Shown here: positions 50,814-63,382 of the stretch, one piece after another
Numbering within the stretch: position 1 is the first letter of the stretch
Layout: each line of letters opens with the position of its first letter
NCBI GenBank assembly: GCA_002269645.1
Contig: NIVC01002338.1
Coordinates: 62,001 to 126,000, forward strand
Length of the DNA: 64,000 nt
Origin: Macrostomum lignano
Lineage: Eukaryota
Direction: 5' to 3'
The notes under the pieces: generated by a model
What the model was told of the DNA's origin: nothing
What the model saw: the letters and a program-made list of their open reading frames with translations, nothing else
The model's database searches: none
Position numbers and translations under genes: made by a program

Positions 50814-51730
50814 TTGATTGGATTGTTTGGTTGGTTGGTTGATGAGCAAGTTTTGTTTTAATCGTTAGCCGCTGGACAAACTCGGCGGTAAAAATTAAAC
50901 GGGAGGTGAGGGGGGGCAAAGTTTCGCATTGTTAAACCACAATGAAAGGCTTAACAGGAATTGCAAAAACTTTTTACTCTCTGTTTGACATAAAACACAA
51001 TTTTATACTTTCGTTTCTCTCATAGTGAATTATATTTTTACTAGTCATGTTAGATATTCCCCTCTTGTCCTTTTTCCCGCTAATATATTTATTTAATTAG
51101 CTTAAATTTGCCACTCAAAAAACTGCTGTCGCGGCTACTCCGCTAGTTTGGTTCATACTACTGCCTGAGTAGAGTGATCCTAAGTGAAGTATATTGTAGC
51201 TATTTCCTTCTTTATTTAAAAGCATGCAGTTAATTATTTCCTTTAGTATTATATATTTCGTATATTTTGATAGATTAATTATGTATATTATTACACAGCA
51301 CAGCACAAATATCGTTTGCTATATTATACTGCACTACAATAGTTTTGTTTTGTTATTTTATAATCCACGTTTATATGTTTGCGTTGTGTGATTGTAGATT
51401 TGTAAAGATTAACGGTTTTGGCGTCTAAAGTACGGGCTGAGTCTCCGGAACGAAATGTGTTCTGTTTAGGTGCTCCAATAACGATTTATTGAATTAATTC
51501 AACTTGTAAGTAATAAGTTCTACAAAACATGCTTAAGCGGAAACAACAATGAACTTTACTGACTAATTCAACAGTGTTAAAACAAGAAATCAGGCATGAG
51601 GCCAGAGGAATTGACCGCTGTAAAAATCGATAAAAGATAATAAAATTCATTCACCCACGCGCACTCAAGTCAGGCAATTTGAACTTTAAGTCATAAAAGA
51701 GTCTAGCGGATTGGAAGAGGCGGTAGTGTT

Positions 51731-52060
51731 TTTTAAAACGATTAACAGTCAGGCCCGGTCTGAACTGGGGCTAACCAAAAATCGATAATGTTCAACCAGA
51801 CCAAACCCACTGCAAGGCTATTATTAATTTAAACGTTAATCTCATAAAAAAGAGCCTAGGCGGGGACACGGTGGGCGGCCGACGTTTTTTTAAAACGATT
51901 AAAAGTCAGGCCCGGTCTGAACTGCAGGGCTAACCAAAAATCGATAATGTTCAACCAGACCAAACCCAGTGCAAGGCTATTATTAATTTAAACGTTAATG
52001 CCATAAAAAAGAGCCTAGGCGGGGGGACGGTGGGCGGCCGACGTTTTTTTAAAACGATTA
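51731..52060. repeat. About 158-bp tandem repeat (2+ units)
   Basis: AAAACGATT at 51735, 51892 and 52051, with near-identical intervening sequence. Confidence 0.85.
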
Positions 52061-53570
52061 AGTCTGGGGCCCCACCGGAGAGCTTGACTAGCCAATCGAT
52101 AATAGCGTTTAACCGCCCTTACGATGCAGTAGAGTAACTTCGTTATTACTAATTGTTATGTTAAATCTTTTCAGCTAAAAAAGCGGATTTGGGATGTCAT
52201 TTAGATAATCTTTGAAAAAATCAATTAAAAGCAACAATGCTCTCACATATCAAATATTTTTACAATGACATGGCAAAAGCCAAGAAACTGAAAATCAAAA
52301 ACATTTATCCAATTTACCCACACTGGCTAGGCACGGACATGCAGAGAATCAATTTGTTTGTAAAATTCAATATATTTTTGCTAGAAAAAAGTCATTCGAA
52401 CACTTGATATGCATAAGCGGCTGCCAATTACCCATCCATAATAAATAAAAACTCAATAGATTGGTTCTACTTAAACAATAGCCCCTTTGGATGCCTACCG
52501 CCTACGTTTCGTAGCTAAAATTCCATACGTTATTCATTGATTATTGTTGTCCTGTATAGAACTTTACATGCTGTACAAATGTTAAAACGTTTTACCTAAA
52601 AGTTTCGTTTCTTTAAAGCCGCAACTCGCAAGTATATATTTATTTAGCTTCGCAGTGTTAGCATATATTTGGTATTTTTAGTACATTTTATTGACAGAAA
52701 ACTTACTGCTTGTTTTTGATTAGAAGGTTTCAAATTTAACAGTCGTTGATATGTTGTTTGTTAAATATAATCTAATAACCATGACCATCACGTGTTCGAC
52801 CCTAAAACAGTTGATATCTGATGCTTTTTTCTTGCAGTTATTTTTCCATTAGTGAAAATGATTAAAGCTTTTCATGCAAATCGTAGAGTAGATAGTTGTT
52901 TACCGTTAGTAAAGTGAATAAAACGCTCAAATACAAAATCTTTGATAAGTGGCCACTGGAGAAAAAAGTAATCTAAAAAACGGATAATATTTTACTTTTT
53001 TGAATCAGGATTTAAAAATACTGCACCAGTACTTCAATCGTTACAAGTGTATATGTGGGATACAACAAAAGCACAAACTAATTCTGCTCAAGTTTGACTT
53101 TTGGAAAAAAATTGGCAGGAACAAGTCGGCGCATTTAAGGTCGTATTAACGATTTACAAGTGTATATGTCATTTTACGCAAGCCACTACTAGCTATTTTG
53201 AGCTTAGCAAAGGAAAGTAAAATCCGGAGAGAGAACAATTGACTGCTTCACTGCTACTGCTAGTGACAATTCACAGAAAAATCAACCAAAAATCTATTAA
53301 AGAAAAAAATATTTGTGCTCATGGGGAGCTCGGCTGTACATTTGCATCGACTGGGGAGACTGTGGGGGTCTCTGCCTTCATAGCGAAGACTTCTTTAAAA
53401 TTTTGTTCTTTTCTACTGCATTGTTAGTCGTAAAAAGAGAAAGGTGTTCTGCATTTTTCGTCATAAAACTTTATGACAGTGCTGTAGTTCTGGAATGGTG
53501 AAGCGACTCAAGCCTCATCTGCTTTAGATATACTGAAGTGTGTCAGTAAAAATTAATAAATTGGCTGTAA

Positions 53571-56500
53571 CCCAGTGAAAAAAATGATATGGATTCCATG
53601 TGGATTTTTCATATGAAATCCATATGTGCATTTGTCTCCGTCCATCCATGTGGAATCAAGATATGGATTCCACATGGAAGATCCACATGGAAGTAATTAT
53701 GTATTTCACATAGAATCCACATTGTCATTGAGTAAGCAGCCATTATACTGGTTGCCATAATAAATTGTTGCATCCTAAATCTCAAAATAATACCAGATCT
53801 CAAAATTTCATACAAACCCCAGATCTCAATACCATATAAAAGAAACTGAAACACAGATAAAACATTAGCTATAGCCAAAAATATTTCTGCACAAAAATAT
53901 ATTCAAAAAGGATGTATCAATAAGTAAGGTGTATTTATGTACAGTAGTGAGTCACTAGCACACAAAGAATAAACACACTGATGTAGATATTGATATCTTT
54001 AGAGTTGCGCTGCGCATATGATATAATATATAATTTGAAATTGACATTGTCAATAGCATTAATTAATTAACAATAATATAATGCACCAGAATTAGAACAG
54101 TCAGAAACATGCTGCTGCCAATTGCCAGAATGCTGCTTCTTCAGGTCAGGTGAGAAACCTTAGAAAAGAAAGGGGTTAAATTACAGAATTTTATAACAGA
54201 TTGATGATAGATTTTGATAGATTTTGATCTTATAACAGATTTTGATGACAGAAAAAATCAGTTTATAACTAAAACTTACCATTGCTTCACAAAAGGTAGC
54301 ATTCGAGATATTAAATTCCAATTCCAAGTAGCTTTGCATGCTTCTTCAAAGGCAAGACCAAGGTGACATCCAAGTTTGAGGATGGGCCATGTAATGTTAG
54401 GCATGCATGAAATAGAAAAATAATTGTTGCCAATTAAGATTGATAGATAATATTGATATAATTCATAAAACTAATTTAAGGATGAATACTTAATAAAGTT
54501 TATTTTAAAATTAACTAGGCCTAAGTCCTAGGTTTATTTTTTAAGCGCAAAGTGTGCATATGCCTTTGCCAGGGGTTAGCAAAATAGGCAGCAATGCCTC
54601 CTCGCTGTTTCCGGATGCACAGAGCCCCCTGCAGCTAAGTCAAGTAAGTCAAGTGCACCCTAAATCTTAAAATTGTACCTTGAAAACTGAAATTAAAAAG
54701 TTGATACAGTTTAGGTGCAATCTCATTACCTATTTTTATGTTGAAGCCTTATTTGCATTGCCTTTATATAAGAAAAAAAAGAAACTGCATTCTAAGCCTT
54801 AAAATCATAAAACCCTAAAAGTGAGCATAGGGTATGATTTTGCACCTTGTCTCTAGCAAAAAAGAAAAACCCTACCTAAATCAATCAATAAAATAAAATT
54901 AATAAAATTAAAATAATAAGTATAAAAATAATTAATACATGTTTCTATAAATATAATTTTTTATTTTAAAATTGATTTTAGACTATAAAGTATTTAGGCA
55001 AAGCAATGCATGTTTCTTATATTTGCTGGCCTAGTATGATTAAAAGGGGGGCCGTAGCCAAGTGGTAGCGCAGCTGCTCTAGTGTGCCAGCGACCCAAGC
55101 TCGAATCCAAGTGCAGTAATATTAATTTGGGGCTGAATTGGAATCTCAGCTTGGCTCTCTGCTCATGCAATTAATGGCCTTGAGAGCCAACCCCCCAAGG
55201 CACAGTGAAGTATACATGCCTAACGATAAACAAAGCTAGGGCCGCTGTACATTCCTGTGTGAGTGTGCTTGCATACATATCCAAATACTTGTGTGCCTGC
55301 TCAGGGGAGTCGGCGGAATGGGCAGCAATGCCTCTTGCCAGTTGTGTGCCTATGTCGCTTAAAGTGCGCCAGGGTGCACACAACCCGCCTGCCTCTAATA
55401 AAAAAATAGTATAATTAAACATTAGGCCTAGGCCTAACCTAAGCCTAAATAGCTATGCCCTATGGCTTAAAATTAAATTCTGGACTTGGCCTAAATCAGA
55501 TCAAATTTACAATAATCATTCTTTATTTTTATTAGCAACCTTAGGGATCTGCTAGGCTAGCTATGCCAAAAGCAAGTTGCAAGTGTAATTGCAAAGAATT
55601 ATTTATTATAATTAATAATATTGTTTTTAAAAATGCAACAAGTCCAAAAGATGCTAACAGACTTTTTTGAAGAAAATCATAAATTAATTGATTTTTAACA
55701 TATTAACTAGATTGACTAGTCACAATTCACAAAGTCAAGCTAGTCCTAACCTTAATTAAAATAGAAGGACCTAAATTGATAGTTATAGCAGGCCTAGCTT
55801 AAAATACACCTATTAAGCATACATATAAATAGATAGGACTAATAGGTAGGACTAAGAGGAAATTATGAACTTCTAAAGGCCTATTTAAGTTAAAAAAATG
55901 AGTAGCCAATCTATGGACATGGCCATGGGATTCCTAGAAATTGGAGGCCTAGGCCTAAATAAATTTATCATGGATTTTACCAAAAGTATTAGGCCAATCT
56001 ATGATAAAATACTGATTTATCTAATTTCTAATCTCATGGAGGCTATGGCCTGATAAGTTATTGCCTATAGGCTAGGTCTACTAAAATTTTTAAGGTGCTT
56101 AAATAGCCATAAACAAGGCAATTTATATTTCAAGGCCTTGAATCAAAACATTGACGAATATAAAATAAAATAAATTTAATTTTAAAAAGCACGAAGCGTT
56201 TTTTATTGTTCACTTCTATTTTGTCTATTTTAACAAACAGTGTCTTATTTGCTGATTAAAATTTAGCTTTAAGATATTAATTCTTACTTAAAAACATATA
56301 AATATAATAATTAATTATAGTAATTTCCTAAAAATGTCTGAATGTGGTGTATCACAGTTTTTTACCGAAGTGGATTCCATGTTGAATCAATATACGCTTA
56401 TTTCTCATGAATTCCTTGTAAAATCCACATCAACATTAGGACAGTAAAAATAAAAAAATAATGCATAAAAAATACTTTGCATACCATTATGTCATCTTTA

Positions 56501-56590
56501 AGTTAATAATTTGCAAAAAATAAAGAAACATTTAAATTCCACATGGCCACGTGGAACCCACGTGGAATCCATGAATCATTTTTCACTGGG
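53571..56590. mobile_element. Non-autonomous CMC/EnSpm-like element, about 3.0 kb
   Basis: TIR CCCAGTGAAAAA(AA)TGAT..ATGGATTCCA; 2-bp AA flanks on both sides; many subterminal GATTCCA(C/T)(A/G)TGG repeats at both ends; no intact transposase. Confidence 0.72.
55047..55408 (+). mobile_element. tRNA-derived SINE-like element nested in the EnSpm-like element
   Basis: GGGGCCGTAGCCAAGTGGTAGCGC (A box) ... GCTCGAATCC (B-box-like), then about 290 bp of body ending in TAATAAAAAAA. Not a foldable intact tRNA. Confidence 0.6.
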
Positions 56591-57114
56591 AAGCAACACA
56601 CACTGAACCAGTGCAAATGGCTAGCCACATAATTCTGAGTAGTGACACAGTTGAATTGAGCATTTGCTGCAGCCACTATAGCAAGAGCGCCTCTGTTGCC
56701 ATCAGTTTTTACTGCTCATGTTGGCTCAGCTTTGACAAACAAATTGACAAACCCCGCCTATGGAATGACTCTCTCAAGTCTCTTAACTGCATGGCTCTGC
56801 ATTATCTGTCGCTCTTGACACAGAAGCATTTCAAAAAGCCAGCCAACCATGCAGACTCGCTACAGTGTAGAATGAACTCCAGCAGCAAGCAAAACAAATT
56901 CCAGCTACCTCTTGCTTCGCAGCCTCCCTGAAAGAAGAAAAACATTCTTATATATTATAAATGCAACAGGCTTGGAATGTTTGAAATGTGAAGCATCATT
57001 CCACAGTGAATCTTGGATAGCTTGATTTCCGGAGTTGACAGCATATTGTTGAGTTAAAAATCAAAATTCAGCTCGTATTTAGGATTAGAGGATTACAGTT
57101 ATTATTTTGTTGAA

Positions 57115-57972
57115 ATGAATTTGTTTGTGAAACATTCAAATAAAACTAAGGGCGCATCGAGCGAGTCGCTACAGCCTGCTTCAAGTGAAACGGTACGTGT
57201 ACTACATGCATGCATAAAGTGTGGCTATAAATGCATGGACATCCGACTGTTCAAGCAAAATCAGCCGCCGCTTCATCCACAGCACCGTCACCTGCAGCGG
57301 CCTAACCAGGACCAGCACCAAAAAACCAGACAACAACAGCAACCCAACCAGCTCCAGCAATTCAAGCAGTGCCTCACCCAGCAGCAGCGGCTCAACCAGC
57401 CGGCGGCTGCGACGCATCCGTTACGTCCCGCAGCGTCTCTCGGCACCTGCTGCAGTCGCGAAGACTCAGGCCTTGGCATTGATTTACAGATCGAGCAGCA
57501 GATGCAGCAGCAGACGCTCCTGCAGAACCCACACCGCCGTCCGTGCCGCGGCCTCGCCTTTACAGTCGTATTCGCCTATTCGCCGTCGCCCAATAGCCCG
57601 GACGAGCTGGCCCTGTCAGCCGAAGAGAAAGTCCTGGCCATCGACTGCAGCGAGCGTCGGCCAGATTGGCTGCGGGTCCGCCGCCTTAGCGACGGTGTGG
57701 AAGGATTCGCTCCAACCGCATTCCTGCTATGCGACGCAGACGGCCAGCCGGCCTTCCAGCGCTGTCTGGACAGCGGCTGCTGTCGAAAAAAGCGCTCGCC
57801 GCCTCCGCCACCGCCGCCGCCGTCGCTGGGTAGCTGCGGTCAGCTGACAAGAGCTTCGTCCGGTGGTGCTAATCAGTTTATCGCAGCCGAAGAATGCGAT
57901 GCGTACAACGGCAACGGCAGCGGCGCCTGCGGACTGCAGCTTTCGCAATCAATTCGGTGGACTGCGTTCTAA
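57115..57972 (+). CDS. Gln-rich SH3-domain protein (apparently single exon)
   Basis: VVFAYSPSPNSPDELALSAEEKV...PDWLRVRRLSDGVEGFAPTAFL matches the SH3 consensus; GC-rich coding composition; start codon uncertain. Confidence 0.78.
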   Translation: MNLFVKHSNKTKGASSESLQPASSETVRVLHACIKCGYKCMDIRLFKQNQPPLHPQHRHLQRPNQDQHQKTRQQQQPNQLQQFKQCLTQQQRLNQPAAATHPLRPAASLGTCCSREDSGLGIDLQIEQQMQQQTLLQNPHRRPCRGLAFTVVFAYSPSPNSPDELALSAEEKVLAIDCSERRPDWLRVRRLSDGVEGFAPTAFLLCDADGQPAFQRCLDSGCCRKKRSPPPPPPPPSLGSCGQLTRASSGGANQFIAAEECDAYNGNGSGACGLQLSQSIRWTAF

Positions 57973-60071
57973 ATGCTTGTAATCTTCTGACGCTTGCATT
58001 CAGCATCAGCATCTTTGTTTTTGTAAGGTTTGCACACATGGGTATTTACCTACGAGCTATAGCTACGCGAAAGATACGCGTGCATGTAATTTATCTTCAC
58101 AAGCGTCCTCTATGCTATACGTTATTTACATGCACGTTTATGATATAATGGCTACTATGCTGAGTAAATAATTAGGAATTACTTAGATTGGGGAGGCTTT
58201 CTTTGTTTAGCTGGTAAGCTTTCCTGTTTTCTCACGACGGTCCATTCTACACAGGTACGAGCGTAGTTTTTTTTTTGCTTTTTTCGCGTCTGCTTCTCAT
58301 TTGAATTTATGCAGTTGAGAAATACATTGGATCCTAAGGAGACAAAAGTGCTTGACACATTCAAACTTGACACTTAAGAGAGGGGCTTTGACCTCAGTTG
58401 ACTTCTCTATCCGGGTTCGAGTCCATGCTCGACTATATTGATTCGCACAAAATCTTACAGGGAGGCCATTTTGATTTTCAGCAGTTCAAGCAACCCCAAA
58501 AAAACATTACTCAGCAACATGTAAAAGATTCAACCCCGAAACCAGTTCCGAGAGGACTGAGAATTGAGAGCGGCAGCTTATAGTGTAGCATGTGAAAAGA
58601 CAAAACAGCATTAAGTCGCATGGTATTGTAGGACACATAATGTGTAGAACACAAAAACATAATTACAAAAAGTAATTATATGAGCTCTACTGTCACAACA
58701 ATACAGTCAGTAAGTAGTGAGTAGCGTAGTTCGCGAATTTCTGTACAGAAGTATTATGCAGTCACACGACATTACTTCGATCGAAGCAGCTAAAAAGATT
58801 GAAGAAAAATAAATTCATTCAGGCTTTCTGTAGGAGCAAAACATACAAGCGGCGAACTAATAGTAGTATCATAAGAACATTTAATCAATTTGTAGTGGAT
58901 TAATACTCATACTATTACAGAATCAATTAGCTATATACTTACATCGGTACGTTGATAAAAATACAATTTTTTTAAGTTGCGTGCAAAAATATAGTTTCAT
59001 AAAATCATTGTAGCTTAAATACTTTAAAAAAATTGCATTAGTATTATGTCAACTATATGAATTCGTCACATGCAGACGCGTCTTCTTTTTGTCGATCCAA
59101 ATTATTCATCTTAATTTTTGTCCCGGTTCAGCTTCATTCTATAAAGAAACGGAAGTTTAGAGGACCAACCACATTTAAATTATCTGTTTTTGACATGACT
59201 AGATAATATCCCGCAGAAAGAAGTATATGATCACCGAGCTTACCTTGAAAAGTGATCCTTACAATCCTAACAATCAAAATTTTAACATGCAAAAGTATAG
59301 CTAAATATATAGCTTTGGCTAGCTCTGATGGACAGCTTTGGCACCCTACTAGGAACTCTACTGGGTTATATATAGCTGGTAGCTATGCACCCATCAACCT
59401 TGGTTGGAATTGCGAAGCGATATCTGAAGGGTCACACGGTGATTTAAAACGTATAGTATAGCTATATGCCTACACCTAGCTGTGTATCAACTCATACGAG
59501 TATAGCGTCCCGATTAACAGGCTGCAGTTGCGAGTTTAAACGCTTCAGAGAAACTTTGCCGCTGATAACAGAGAACGGCAGGTCAAAGTCATTTTATATC
59601 ATAAAATGCAACAAGTGTGCACGTAGCTGATTAACGGCAAGCCATGATCCCTTCAAGCCTTCTCTAACTGTACAAATCTCTACGCATGTAGTATAATAAT
59701 ATAATCAGCAAGTGATACATGCACACTTGTTTGTACGCCCAATGTCCACCCTGAGAATGAATAGGCAAAAAGTGGATGATTCATTTATCGAACAATTCTA
59801 AGAAACAACAAACCGCGTTTATTTCATTGAATTTTGAATTGAAAAACTCGGAATTTGACGTCGCTTTTCGTTTTGACGCTAAGTCGTTTAAGCATTTAAG
59901 AGCACACGTACCAATGCTCGAAAATATTGATATACACTCAGCAACATTTTAAAGTTTCCACCCAAACACAAGTGGTCAACTTTTCTCAGATCTCAGACTT
60001 AAGTGACGCAATTTACGCGATGGCTTCGTCTCAACTGTGGGTGATGCAATATGCGTCACATGGAGCACGAG

Positions 60072-61068
60072 GGGTCTACGAAGTTTGCCTGCCGGACGTT
60101 TGCCAGCCGACGTTTGCCTGCGGGACGTTTGCCAGCCGACGTTTGCCAGCGGGACATTTGCCAGCCGACGTTTGCCAACCGGACATTTGCAGGCGGCAAT
60201 TGGTTAAAGAAGTAATGCCCTCTCTAGGCTTACATGTACTTGCGTTTGAAAACTGAGGACATAGCACTAATCTAATTCCACCTTGCTCCCTACAACTGCT
60301 ATTAAATATACAGGTTTACTAACAAACTACTGTCCAGGCTTATTGAAGTAATTGATCTTGTCTGCCTAAATAGAAAGCTAAAAATACAAAATAGGAGTTT
60401 CCAATGTCACAATTGATGTCTATGTATGCCATGGAATGGCCCTTTCCATCTCAAGTGGCCAACCAAGCTAAGTGTTTACAAGCTAAATGGGAAAAGACTG
60501 AGACATCCATAATGGTATAGGCTTAGTCTCGCCTATATATACTTAACTCAAAAGCCAAACTCTGCTTAATGGAGTTTGGCCATGACAGCGTGCACTTGAC
60601 AAGCTGCATTGGAATTAATTCACTTACTTTTGGATCTCCCAATGAACTGGGAAATGGGAATAGAAACTGGGAAAAGCGATACAAAGCTGTCAGAAGTAAA
60701 CTTTATAATATTTTCACATCCAAAGAACTTTTTGTTAAACTAGATGTTAGATTGATGAACTGCATGATTTGTATAGATTTCGTTTTCGAACTTTTACACA
60801 TGCGAAGAACCGCCAAAAGTTGGGCTAAAAAACAAACTGCGAAAATTTCAGTATCAAATTTTTTCACTCACTGACTTAATGTTGGCTGGCAAACGTCGGC
60901 TGGCAAACGTCGGCTGGCAAACGTCCCGCAGGCAAACGTCCCGCAGGCAAACGTCCCGCAGGCAAACGTCCCGCAGGCAAACGTCCCGCAGGCAAACGTC
61001 CCGCAGGCAAACGTCCCGCAGGCAAACGTCGCGCAGGCAAACGTCGCGCAGGCAAACGTCGTTATCCC
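60072..61068. mobile_element. TIR element with inverted arrays of 14-15-bp repeats, 8-bp TSD
   Basis: Left array of GGACGTTTGCC(T/A)GC (60080-60200); right array of GGCAAACGTCCCGCA (60882-61060); TSD AGCACGAG (60064-60071, 61069-61076). Confidence 0.8.
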
Positions 61069-61460
61069 AGCACGAGAATTGTCCGCAGACGAATTGCCCG
61101 CCGAGATTTGCCCGCAATGCTTTTTTCTGCAGAGCATTTGGCCACGCAGCAGCAAATTCTGTCTGCATTGCAACCCCCCTCTAATGCTAGTACCGCGTAA
61201 GTCTTAATAAAGAGATTTTGGCGACAAAGCGCCACGGCATATGCATGAATTAATAGCTCACCGATGTACTCCTGCATGTATTAGAACTGAATACCTACAA
61301 AAATATGAATTGGATATGCAGTTACTATCAAAACGTTTTGATCGGCTAAATCTATTACTTACTTAAGCATTAGGGAGGCAATGCAGACAGAATCTAGCTG
61401 CCAAATGCGCTGCAGGAAAAATGCATTTGCTGGCAAATCTTAGCAGAAAATTCTCCAGCG
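61069..61460. mobile_element. Related older TIR element, host of the 60072 insertion
   Basis: About 61095-61190 is an imperfect inverted repeat of about 61365-61455; degenerate AATTGCCCGC units. Confidence 0.6.
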
Positions 61461-61912
61461 TCACGTGGCTGGACTTCGATATTAGCTAACTGCATGAAAC
61501 ATGAAGCGTAAACCAATTCTTTATTGCATCTAAGTACATGTACCCATCATAGGTATCCGCGTATTTATAATAGAAAAAATGATCTAAGGCATTAAAAAGC
61601 TCAATTGTATTGTTTTGCATTTATTATATTGCAACGAAAAATTAGCCTCAAACCGCAGTCTAGAGACGAGTCAAAAGGAATATTAGACAAGCGTCGCAGT
61701 TTATTAAGGGGGAAAACTTATGGGAATTGGCAGCAAAGCATTAAATATAGATAGGAACATGAAAATACCTTTGAAAAAAAACTACGCTCGTAAATAAACC
61801 CGGTAAAATTACGAAATAAATAGAGGAAACTAAAAAGCCAAAAGAGAAAATTTCCAGTTTTTATGATTTTTGAGTCGTCAACTATAAACCGTCTCCAGTA
61901 AAGGTTAATCAT

Positions 61913-62181
61913 TCAGCATTGCGGAATTTTGCAATACTCCCACTTCTTACTCGTAGTAGTATAACACCACGGCTTTTTGGCTGAATCGCCGGGAACAATC
62001 CGACAGGTGTTGCCAATCTTTTTAGCACGCTTCACTGCGCTGCTAGGCTCGTGGCAGGTTTTGCCGCTGGTGCCAGATGGGCAGGTGCGAATCTCCCATG
62101 ACTGACAGGTCTTGCCACTCTCCGTCACGCTGATGCCCGAGACGTAATCTGTGCTGCCAAGTCTGTAGCACTCCTTCAGTT
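61913..62181 (-). CDS. Cys-rich repeat/kringle protein, last exon (kringle-like domain 2)
   Basis: Acceptor TTACAG, phase 1; ECYRLGSTDY...KTCQSW...NTCR...KPWCYT...WEYCKIPQC*. Confidence 0.85.
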
Positions 62182-62254
62182 CTGTAATATTATAGCGCAT
62201 GAATCCACGGTGGTAGTTTTCAAAAACAATTATGAGAACGAATCTAGCATAGAG

Positions 62255-62665
62255 TTTTCCATAATTTACCATAGAGTTTACCGTACAGTTTACAATACAG
62301 TTTACCATAAGGTTTACCATAGAGTTTACCATATAGAGTTTACCATAGAGTTCGCCATACAGTTTACCATACAGTTTACCATACAGTTTACCATACAGTT
62401 TACCATACAGTTTACCATACAGTTTATCATAAAGTTTACCATAGAGTTTAAAATACAGTTTACCATACAGTTTACCATAGAGTTCATCATAGAGTTCGCC
62501 ATAGAGTTTACCATCATAGAGTTTACCATAGAGTTTACCATAGAGTTTACCATAGAGTTTACCATAGAGTTTACCCTAGAGTTTACCCTAGAGTTTACCA
62601 TAGAGTTTACCCTAGAGTTTACCATAAGAGTTCATCATAGAGTTCACTATAGAATTCATCATAGA
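62255..62665. repeat. 12-bp minisatellite (AGAGTTTACCAT)
   Basis: About 33 units, intronic. Confidence 0.9.
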
Positions 62666-63016
62666 GTCTTACGCTCATTCCCTACGCATTGCAGAAAATG
62701 GTGTCTCGGGCAATTGTTGTGCTACCATTTAGGCTCATATAGTTTTTACTTTTTCAAACAACAAACAAGGTGCGAGCTTCCCAAAGCACTTAATTCTCAC
62801 ACAATTTCGGCATAGGTTCCGTTTAGTGCAATAAATTTTAATAATCATTGCTAAATATTAAAATTGAATCAATTCTAAACTACAAACCTTAACATCATAA
62901 AAATCCAGACAGTGGGTTTTCATTAGTCACGCAAAATAGAACATTGCGGAACACGCCTTCCTGTTGTTTTTCCTCTATAATTAGCCTGCAGTGTAATCAA
63001 TATTCAAGCAACTCAC

Positions 63017-63286
63017 TTTTTCCGCATCTAGGAATCGAGCAGTGAGACCATTTCGTAGCTGTTTTTGTGTAACACCATGGCTTCTTTTCTCCTTCTTTGG
63101 CGATAATTCGACACGTGTTGCCCGTTGCTTGAGCCTCACGCACCTTTTTGTTTGGCGTATGACAACTTACTCCTTCGGTGTATTTGGAGCAGCTCTTCAC
63201 GCTCCAAGACTGGCACGGCCCAGCATAAGCACGGTTTACCTTTGTGCTAACAAAGTCTTTACCAGGATAGTAGCACTCGCCGAACT
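63017..63286 (-). CDS. Cys-rich repeat/kringle protein exon (kringle-like domain 1)
   Basis: Acceptor TTTCAG, phase 1; GECYYPG...PCQSW...NTCR...KPWCYT...WSHCSIPRCG; donor GTGAGT at 63016. Confidence 0.85.
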
Positions 63287-63382
63287 CTGAAAGTTTTGGT
63301 ATTTATATATTTAGAATAATAAGTGTATTGAACTTTATAGGGCTTGACTAACTTCGAATCAGAATGAAGTAAAAAAGCTCAC

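Noticed and set aside
55047-55115. Functional tRNA gene
   Set aside because: Imperfect B box, no closing acceptor stem, and a long body with an A-tail; SINE-like instead.
58505-59975. Similar segments at about 58508 and 59936 (ACTCAGCAACAT...)
   Set aside because: Only a 12-bp exact match with loose flanks; no supportable gene or element.
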